From a virus (lineage: Duplodnaviria; Caudoviricetes), in IMG/VR virus record IMGVR_UViG_3300046779_001841, positions 252,222 to 316,221 of that record: a stretch of DNA of 64,000 bases; one strand, given 5' to 3'. Positions 57,321 to 64,000 of the stretch are shown in pieces; the first letter of the stretch is position 1, and the number at the start of each line of letters is the position of its first letter. The notes beneath the pieces are model-generated. The model saw nothing but the letters and a program-made list of their open reading frames with translations. It had not been told where the DNA came from and ran no database searches. A program made the translations under genes and the position numbers.

Positions 57321-57937
57321 TTTGATTTATTTCCTTTCATATATAGTTCTGCTATTTTTTGTGCAGATACTTTATTAGAAGATGCTGTTCTCAACATAGG
57401 TGGAGCAATATTTTCTGTTATAGCTGGTGCTTCTTCTATTTCTTGCGCCCATGCTTCTGGATCATCTTTTACTTCTTCTACTTGATCTAAAACTATTTCA
57501 GTTTCACGAGATTTCATTGCCCAATGTGGTGCTTTGATTTCATCATATAAAGTATCTGTTAAAGAAGATAATGCTTCGACTATATTCATATATTGCTTTC
57601 GCATGGTCTTGATTTCTTGAATATAACCTTTACCACCTAAGTTACCATCTGGAGAAACATCTCTTGATTTAAGTTTAGCAAATATTGTGTATGCTGACAT
57701 TGCATGACCCAAACTAAACAAAGTAGCTTTTAACACTCTTGCTAAAGATTTACTGCATTTAACATTAAAATCATATTCAGATATATTTTTTCTTTCAGAT
57801 GGTGTAAAACCGCCCCAAGCCCAACCATCCGTGCTATTGCTATTATCTTTAACAAAACGAACTTCACCAGCTAGTTTTTTCATCTTAGCTTGTTTTTTTA
57901 ACATCGCTTGTTTTATGATTTTTTCATTTTCATCCAT
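57317..57937 (-). CDS. Virion-type hypothetical protein
   Basis: KKQAKMKKLAG and RTASS..KIAELY motifs. Confidence 0.75.
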   Translation of the reverse strand: MDENEKIIKQAMLKKQAKMKKLAGEVRFVKDNSNSTDGWAWGGFTPSERKNISEYDFNVKCSKSLARVLKATLFSLGHAMSAYTIFAKLKSRDVSPDGNLGGKGYIQEIKTMRKQYMNIVEALSSLTDTLYDEIKAPHWAMKSRETEIVLDQVEEVKDDPEAWAQEIEEAPAITENIAPPMLRTASSNKVSAQKIAELYMKGNKSK

Positions 57938-58010
57938 GATATTAAATCCTTTGCATTTTATTCATATATCGCAAAGCTATTTAATATTTATTAAATCACA
58001 TTCTATATCT

Positions 58011-59285
58011 CTAAGAAGAATATTGTGTAATTCCAATATGTTTGTATATTGCTTTCAAAACAGGCACTGCCATACTATTTCCTGCTTGACCATATAAAGT
58101 TTCTTTATTAGTAAAAGGTGTCTTATCTGTAAGAAGTGTTTCAAAACCCATTAATTTAAAACACTCATCTGCAGTTAAATTACAAAGAACTGCATAGATA
58201 GTTTCACTATCTTCTAATGGTAGAACATTATCTTGTTCTGTTATAGGATGATAAAAATAATAGTTATCATTTTTTTTACAAAGTTTTATTTTATGCGCAA
58301 GACTAAGATCTGCTGTTCTTTTAAAATAAAAGTTACCAATCAAATTTTGTTGTTGTTTTTTAGTTTGACATTGAATGACTTGATTTCGATCATTCAAATG
58401 ATCTTCTAAAAAAAGAGAATTGTAAGAACGAATAAAACGACTTAGAATAAAATAAATTGGTTTAAGTGTTTTAAATTCTTTATTTGTATGATGTGGATCT
58501 AAATAAGATCCAATAGTTCGTTGTAATTCTATTTTAGATGGTGGTGTTTTTGGAAAATTATCTTTTTTCTTATTTTTTAAAACACCTACTAAATAGAAAC
58601 GACTTCTACTTTGTGATAAACCATAGTATTTTGCATTAAGAATGTTTTCAACACCATCCCAATAGTTTAAGTCTTGATTAGAAATCATATATTCATAATC
58701 ACTTTGCAAATCTACAAATTCTTTTTTAGAGTGTGAAAAAACATCTTTTGATATAAAACCTCTTACATTTTCAAAGATAAAAATAGTTGGTTTAATATCT
58801 TTTACTAATTGAATGTAATCAAAAAATAATTGACCTCTTTCATCTTCAAAACCTTCTTTTTTACCTAAAGAAGAAAAAGATGGACAAGGACTTCCACCAA
58901 CAAATAAATCTACTTTACCTGTATAACTATGAGAAGGTGCTATTCCATGTTCATCTCTTTTTACGATAGCTTTAATATTCGTATAAAAGTTTTCAACTTT
59001 CCCATGTAACATCTCATAAGAAATTTTAGCGTGTTTATCTATATCACAAGCAAAAACAATTTCATGATCTATATCTAATTGCCTCAATGCTTCTTCCGGC
59101 GCACCTATACCACTAAACACGGTTGCTATTCTAATTTTGGCATCTGCTACTTTTTCAATCTCATTTTTTTGATCTCTTTCCTCATAATAAGAAAATAAAG
59201 TATCTTTAGAGATGGTATCTAAAGGTGGTGATCCAAATCTAGGTAGTTTAATCCAAGCATCTTTAGTAAAATATTTTGAATACAT
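58011..59285 (-). CDS. dcm: DNA (cytosine-5) methyltransferase
   Basis: FSGIG (I), GGSPC (IV), ENV (VI), QSRSR (VIII), ECFKLMGF and QAGNS (IX-X). Confidence 0.92.
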   Translation of the reverse strand: MYSKYFTKDAWIKLPRFGSPPLDTISKDTLFSYYEERDQKNEIEKVADAKIRIATVFSGIGAPEEALRQLDIDHEIVFACDIDKHAKISYEMLHGKVENFYTNIKAIVKRDEHGIAPSHSYTGKVDLFVGGSPCPSFSSLGKKEGFEDERGQLFFDYIQLVKDIKPTIFIFENVRGFISKDVFSHSKKEFVDLQSDYEYMISNQDLNYWDGVENILNAKYYGLSQSRSRFYLVGVLKNKKKDNFPKTPPSKIELQRTIGSYLDPHHTNKEFKTLKPIYFILSRFIRSYNSLFLEDHLNDRNQVIQCQTKKQQQNLIGNFYFKRTADLSLAHKIKLCKKNDNYYFYHPITEQDNVLPLEDSETIYAVLCNLTADECFKLMGFETLLTDKTPFTNKETLYGQAGNSMAVPVLKAIYKHIGITQYSS

Positions 59286-59316
59286 AAAAACCTTTCTTTT
59301 TGTTTTCTTATATTAT

Positions 59317-59541
59317 TCAAATAATGTATTCACAAATATATCTAAATCTTTCATATCCATCATCAAAATCATCATCATCAAATAACTTTTCTGCTACTGC
59401 TATTGGTACTAGCATTTCAATGATAGTATCTTCTGCAGTTTTAGTAAACTTAAAAGCATCTTCATTTAAATGAACACTATCTAAGTAGTCATCATTCATT
59501 ATGTTTAAACCATAGAGATAAATAAATTCAGTCATTTTCAT
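59317..59541 (-). CDS. Small acidic protein
   Basis: 74 aa ORF with SD. Confidence 0.7.
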   Translation of the reverse strand: MKMTEFIYLYGLNIMNDDYLDSVHLNEDAFKFTKTAEDTIIEMLVPIAVAEKLFDDDDFDDGYERFRYICEYII

Positions 59542-59559
59542 TTTTCCTTTCTGTAAATG

Positions 59560-60117
59560 TTAAACACCATATTTAGTGAATTTTGCCAAAACTATTTCTT
59601 TTTGCTTATCACTTAGTTTTGCACCACCTCCTACTTTATTGATCATATCAATAATGCCAGTGGTAAATTTGCTAGTAAATTCATCATTTACACTTGCACT
59701 TTGCAATGCTATTAATCTTTCAAAGAACTTTGTTTGTGCTTCATTCAAGGGAAGTTTTTCTACTTTCTTAAATGGTGTAAATGGTTTTCTTGCTGGCTTC
59801 TTTTCTACTTGTGCTTTCTCAATCCAAAAAGTCATAGCATTGAGAATATTCTCTAAACCATTTTGTGATAATGTAATGTTCTTGTCATCACCAACTCCAC
59901 TTAAAAACTTCTTGTTCTTGTAAGACCAAAGACCTGTACTTTGTAAATTGTCATTCATAAACTTAAAGATAATTGCACAAGTTGTATCTTTAACATTTAC
60001 TGCATAGGTGCTATCACTCCACTTGCTAAGTGTGTTTTGTGTAGCAGTCATAAAAGAAACAAAAGAAGAAATAGAAATTTGACCATAAATGTTTGTCATA
60101 ATACTCAATCCTTTCAA
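59560..60117 (-). CDS. Hypothetical protein
   Basis: 185 aa ORF; true start probably MTNIY; motif copy I upstream. Confidence 0.75.
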   Translation of the reverse strand: MKGLSIMTNIYGQISISSFVSFMTATQNTLSKWSDSTYAVNVKDTTCAIIFKFMNDNLQSTGLWSYKNKKFLSGVGDDKNITLSQNGLENILNAMTFWIEKAQVEKKPARKPFTPFKKVEKLPLNEAQTKFFERLIALQSASVNDEFTSKFTTGIIDMINKVGGGAKLSDKQKEIVLAKFTKYGV

Positions 60118-60131
60118 GATTGGTTAGGTTA

Positions 60132-60179
60132 GTCATTACTGACATACATATAACACTTATGACTTTGCTATCTTTGCAA
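60132..60179 (-). promoter_or_regulatory. Conserved motif, copy I
   Basis: TTGCAAAGATAGC-N8-AAGTGTTATATGTATGTCAGTAATGAC. Confidence 0.8.
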
Positions 60180-60196
60180 CGAATGATAAAATTATT

Positions 60197-60652
60197 TTAA
60201 ATTTTTTCTAGCTTGATACCATTGCTTTTTAAATATTCCAAACCTTGATTATGAACACCATTCTCATCCATTGGACAAAAGACTTGTTTTATACCTGCAT
60301 GATGAATGGCTTTTGCACACATTAAACAAGGATCACAATTTACGATCATTATCTTATTATGAGTACTTTGACCAATCCTACAAGCATTTAATATTGCATT
60401 AAGTTCTGCATGATGGCAACCAACATCATTTTGAGTTCCACTCGCTATATTTTGTTCTGTTCTCAAACATACTGAACCACCACAAAGATCCCCTGTTTTA
60501 CAACCTCTTGGATTTCCATTATAACCATCAGAGATGATACTATTTGTAAGATCATCTAAAATCATAGCAGAAACTTTTCTACGAGTACAGGGACTTGTTT
60601 CAGCCAGCAAATTGCATTGTTTAATTCTTATTTCTAAAAGATGTTTTTTCAT
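60197..60652 (-). CDS. dCMP deaminase family protein
   Basis: SPCTRRKV, GYNG, HAELNA and PCLMC motifs. Confidence 0.92.
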   Translation of the reverse strand: MKKHLLEIRIKQCNLLAETSPCTRRKVSAMILDDLTNSIISDGYNGNPRGCKTGDLCGGSVCLRTEQNIASGTQNDVGCHHAELNAILNACRIGQSTHNKIMIVNCDPCLMCAKAIHHAGIKQVFCPMDENGVHNQGLEYLKSNGIKLEKI

Positions 60653-60696
60653 GTCTTATTCCATATAGATGAAAGATAAGACATGATACAACAAAT

Positions 60697-61578
60697 TTAA
60701 TTGTTCGCATTATCATTATACATAAGAGATAAAAGTTCGCCCATCCAACCTTCAGGTCTATGACCAACTAAACCAATATAAAACATAGTGCCTTTAGATG
60801 GATTTAAAGAAACATAATCGCCAATACCTTCTGCAAAAGATCTAGTCTTATTTGCTTTCATAGTACAATAAGTTTCACCTTGTTTATTCTTAGTGAATGT
60901 ATTGATATATCCTTGATAGTAATTCACAAGATACTTCTCACTGTTTGTCAAAACTGAATCAATATTTTGTACTGCTTGTGCTACAAAATTTGTACTTTGT
61001 TCAATTCTATATTGTGGACTTGGTCTTGCGGATCTATCTTTGAAATAAATAACTTCAAACAATCTCATTTGACCACCACTTTCTTCATTTTCAGATGGCT
61101 TTACAAACTTGAAACGATAAAGACCAACTTTCTTACCAGAAGGTGCTTTACCATTATAACCATTAAAACTTAATTCATGTCCCATAGGTTCGCCTTGTAG
61201 ATTTACTTTCTTTACAGAAATAACACAATCTGAACCATTTGAAACAATCTTTGTAATGATCGCAATTTGTAAATGCAATTCACTACATACTTCTTGATTT
61301 TGTGGATGTTCGCAGTTGTTCTTATCAATCTTAACATATTCACCAACAGTCAAATCACCTGATGTTCTTACGATTGATTCTGGATCAATATATGTTGCAC
61401 CGCTTTTAGTGAGTTTTTGTGCAAATTCACTTTCAGTCATTGGATTATCACCACCCAAAGATGACTTTAAAATTGCCCAAGATGCAAAATCTGCTTCTTT
61501 ACCTGTTTTAGGTGATGGGATTTTTTTAAAAACTTGTTGCAAGTTAATATCTGCAAGACTTGATTTTTTCTTAGCCAT
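60697..61578 (-). CDS. Hypothetical protein
   Basis: 293 aa ORF with AGGA SD. Confidence 0.75.
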   Translation of the reverse strand: MAKKKSSLADINLQQVFKKIPSPKTGKEADFASWAILKSSLGGDNPMTESEFAQKLTKSGATYIDPESIVRTSGDLTVGEYVKIDKNNCEHPQNQEVCSELHLQIAIITKIVSNGSDCVISVKKVNLQGEPMGHELSFNGYNGKAPSGKKVGLYRFKFVKPSENEESGGQMRLFEVIYFKDRSARPSPQYRIEQSTNFVAQAVQNIDSVLTNSEKYLVNYYQGYINTFTKNKQGETYCTMKANKTRSFAEGIGDYVSLNPSKGTMFYIGLVGHRPEGWMGELLSLMYNDNANN

Positions 61579-61635
61579 TTAAGAAGTCCTTTCAAAAAAG
61601 AAATTTTTGAAAAAGAACTTTTAATAAATAAATTA

Positions 61636-62181
61636 TTAATCCAAGCCAACGGACTTGAACAACACATTATTCATACAATTTGCTAGATCATCTTTTAATG
61701 AATATGAATTATTAAAATATAAACATGGCAAGTTCTCATTACGAACTGAATATCCAAATCCTTTTTCTGTTAAGACACCTGCTTTTTCATATTCTAAATC
61801 TTTACCAGCAACATCAGATAAATCCTTTAAGACTTTCTTATATAGAACTCTATTCTTGACTTTGGTTATATAAAATTCACCAGTCAAATTATTGAACTCA
61901 TATCTCAATCTTGGATTTAATTCAAAATATGGCATTAAGATTTCTATCTCTCCATTTGGAAATTGTAATCCACGAACATCTTTAAAGATGACTTTCTTAA
62001 TTCCATAGTTGCCAAACTTCTTGTTTAGAAATCTCATCTGATAACTTACTGCTTCAGACATCTCTAATAATAGATCATCTAATTCTGTTCTTGCCTTTTC
62101 TTTTAAGACTGGCATATCAGATAATCTTATTCTGTTGTTCATTGGTGAACAGGTTAGTAAATTTGATAGATTCATATACAC
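61636..62181 (-). CDS. Hypothetical protein
   Basis: 181 aa ORF; TTGTTT-N17-TATAAG promoter upstream. Confidence 0.75.
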   Translation of the reverse strand: MYMNLSNLLTCSPMNNRIRLSDMPVLKEKARTELDDLLLEMSEAVSYQMRFLNKKFGNYGIKKVIFKDVRGLQFPNGEIEILMPYFELNPRLRYEFNNLTGEFYITKVKNRVLYKKVLKDLSDVAGKDLEYEKAGVLTEKGFGYSVRNENLPCLYFNNSYSLKDDLANCMNNVLFKSVGLD

Positions 62182-62246
62182 TTTCCTTATGTATTGACGA
62201 ATATATAGATATACTTATATCTGTTTTCGATTAAAAAAACAAGTAT

Positions 62247-62591
62247 TTATCGTATAGAAATTACACGATTATTTAAATATTCATCTTCTACTTGCTCAAT
62301 AAATGAACTCAATTCACTTAATGTGAATAAATTCTTTTCTCTACAAGTATCACTACCTACTTTTACCTTAACCCTTAAACCTATTTCAAGATCTCCTTGA
62401 TCTTCAAAGGTACACCAACTCACATCCAATTCCACTTTATAGCAAACTGCACTTTTTAAGTGTGCTTTTCCTATCGGTGAATAAAAGATTTCTCCTCTAA
62501 ACACTTTGGTTTTGCTAAATTCACTTTCCCAATTCCCAATCACTTTAAAACCACTTTCTGTTAAGTGATTTTTGATTTCCTGCACTTTCAT
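62247..62591 (-). CDS. Hypothetical protein
   Basis: 114 aa ORF with AAGGA SD. Confidence 0.75.
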   Translation of the reverse strand: MKVQEIKNHLTESGFKVIGNWESEFSKTKVFRGEIFYSPIGKAHLKSAVCYKVELDVSWCTFEDQGDLEIGLRVKVKVGSDTCREKNLFTLSELSSFIEQVEDEYLNNRVISIR

Positions 62592-62649
62592 AAAAAATCC
62601 TTTTCAAAAGAAAATAAAATATCTGTAAAGATTTTACAACCTTTAAAAA

Positions 62650-63417
62650 AGAAATTCCTATGTTTTTTCGCTTGATCACTTTTATCCAGATAAAAAAATA
62701 CCTGTTAAAGATTTTTTCATCTTTAAATAAAGTCGTTCTCTTGCTCTTATCCTATATTTACCATGCACGAAAAGATACCATCAACAAGCATTACTTTCCA
62801 CATTCGCAGACCAAGTAAACTCTATTCTCTCTTTCAACACTACACAATCTGGAAACTAAGATATTACCAGTGCCTATGATCAAGGGATCTGATTACCTTA
62901 TCATAGGTCTTTTGTTTCTCCATTGTCCGAAGACGAAGAAACCATCTCTTTGCATCGTTTCAGATGCTAAACACAAAACCCCTACGGATTTTACTTATAC
63001 TAGATGTATAAATAGAATATATAGAAGTATTATATGTATTGGAAGAGATGTTGGAAGCAATAGGAAACACCTTAATGGATTTCTTTCAGTCCTAACCCCA
63101 TGCTCTATATTATTTCAAAGGTAAGCACAGATGGTGTCCTGACATCTATCTAAGTATCATTTTCATTCCCACTTAAAAAAGTGATCAAGAATTACTTTTG
63201 AAGTCTTAAACTATGCCTTAAAGGATTCTTCTTTATCGAAGTAATCATAACCTAGCACGAGTTTCAGTAAAGTTACTAGATACCTGCTATATCTAAAGAA
63301 TTTCTTCTTATAAGTATTCTTTCTAATCTTAGACTACCTTTACATCTAAGACTTTATTTACTTGATCGTAACCAAGCAGAACCTTATCTACATTTAAACT
63401 TAAATGTCTTTACCTAT
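62650..63417 (-). ncRNA. Candidate large structured non-coding RNA (~770 nt)
   Basis: More than a dozen stems, a 13-bp perfect long-range helix (62671-62683/63177-63189), UUCG and UACG loops, G-U pairs consistent with the minus strand, no minus-strand ORF, and a promoter upstream. Ends are approximate. Confidence 0.65.
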
Positions 63418-63424
63418 GGATTTT

Positions 63425-63453
63425 CTTATAATGATTTCTTTTCTGGAGTGCAA
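63425..63453 (-). promoter_or_regulatory. Sigma70-type promoter for the candidate ncRNA
   Basis: TTGCAC-N17-TATAAG; the nearest downstream ORF is about 830 nt away. Confidence 0.65.
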
Positions 63454-63494
63454 ATTTTTTTTCTTCTTTTAAAAAAGCCTTTAGAAAAAGTCGC

Positions 63495-63682
63495 CAATAA
63501 ATCTTTCTTATTTTCCGATAAATCCTATCTTCTTTGACAATAAAGAAGTTCTTTATTCTCTAGCAATAAATCTTATCTTCTTTGACAATAAATCTTATCT
63601 TTATTCTCTAGCAATAAATCTTATCTTCTTTGACAATAAATCTTATCTTCTATCTTATTCTTATTCTCTTTGACTATAAATC
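63495..63682. repeat. Iteron-like array
   Basis: Eight (C/G)AATAAATC-like units spaced 21-26 bp (last gap 40); exact 48-bp tandem duplication at 63551-63598/63599-63646. Confidence 0.85.
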
Positions 63683-63718
63683 TCTTTCACTGCCTTTATA
63701 TTATATTATTCTTTCTTT

Positions 63719-63739
63719 ATGTTTTGCGAAGCAAAACAT
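63719..63739. other. Perfect hairpin with a GCGAAGC mini-hairpin core
   Basis: ATGTTTTGC-GAA-GCAAAACAT, a 9-bp stem with a 3-nt loop. Confidence 0.8.
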
Positions 63740-64000
63740 CTTCTACCATAATCTCTTCTTTGTCTGTTTACTTATACTAGATGTATAAATAGAATATATA
63801 GAAGTATTATATGTATTAGATATAAGATATATCTTATCTAAAGATAATCTATATTAGATATACCTATCTTGAGATTTTGATTTTTGAATTTTGTTTCTCT
63901 TACTTATACTAGATGTATAAATAGAATATATAGAAGTATTATATGTATTGGATATAAGATATATCTTATCTAAAGATAATCTATAAGATAGAATAAGAGA

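Larger units (their letters stand above)
62992..63985. repeat. Three exact 49-bp repeats (62992-63040, 63769-63817, 63901-63949); the last two extend to 85 bp
   Basis: TACTTATACTAGATGTATAAATAGAATATATAGAAGTATTATATGTATT three times; the extension carries the 16-bp palindrome ATAAGATATATCTTAT. Confidence 0.92.

Noticed and set aside
5094-60179. Integron attC sites as the identity of the 47-bp motif
   Set aside because: No GTTRRRY/RYYYAAC inverted core pair or long imperfect palindrome; the motif sits 5' of genes just before the SD, and no integrase is present.
62870-63124. 84-aa plus-strand ORF from the track
   Set aside because: GTG start, no SD, and it crosses the hairpins and the 49-bp repeat; best explained as an antisense shadow of the structured region.
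62650-63417. Group I/II intron, RNase P, tmRNA or hammerhead identity for the large RNA
   Set aside because: No flanking split gene, no GUGYG or domain V, no convincing P7 R/S elements, no GAGGAAAGUCC, no tag reading frame and no CUGANGA/GAAA core seen by eye. A covariance-model search is still needed.
63769-63985. CRISPR mini-array
   Set aside because: The repeats are 49-85 bp, too long for CRISPR; there is only one 47-bp gap between adjacent copies and no cas genes in the window.
1-64000. Stop-codon reassignment (alternative genetic code)
   Set aside because: Conserved genes (terL, portal, purA, dcm) are full length under code 11, and TAA, TAG and TGA all end genes at plausible junctions.

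Overview
A 64-kb, strongly AT-rich (about 70% A+T by eye), gene-dense segment of a large tailed dsDNA phage (Caudoviricetes, probably jumbo-sized). It uses standard translation and AGGA/GGAG Shine-Dalgarno sites. The host cannot be assigned from this window. A minus-strand head and packaging module spans about 28-58 kb: major capsid protein, decoration protein, acidic scaffold, prohead protease, portal, large terminase and several large virion proteins. Accessory and metabolic genes include SNase, purA, a flavoprotein, a lytic transglycosylase, two sigma-like factors, thymidine kinase, a C5 methyltransferase, dCMP deaminase, a Dps-like domain, a Panacea-like protein and three zincin peptidases. 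The most notable unexplained structure is non-coding. (1) About 770 nt at 62.65-63.42 kb on the minus strand folds almost end to end into hairpins with strand-consistent G-U pairs and UNCG loops, and has its own sigma70-type promoter; it is a candidate large structured phage RNA. It sits beside an iteron-like array, a GCGAAGC mini-hairpin and three copies of a 49-bp repeat, one of them inside the RNA. (2) A 111-nt tRNA-like fold lies at 17.65-17.76 kb. (3) A ~47-bp non-sigma70 motif precedes ten small accessory genes. Many head-associated proteins also share a (K/R)-x-A-(S/x) motif that may be the prohead protease cleavage code. All folding and family assignments were made by eye and need computation to confirm.
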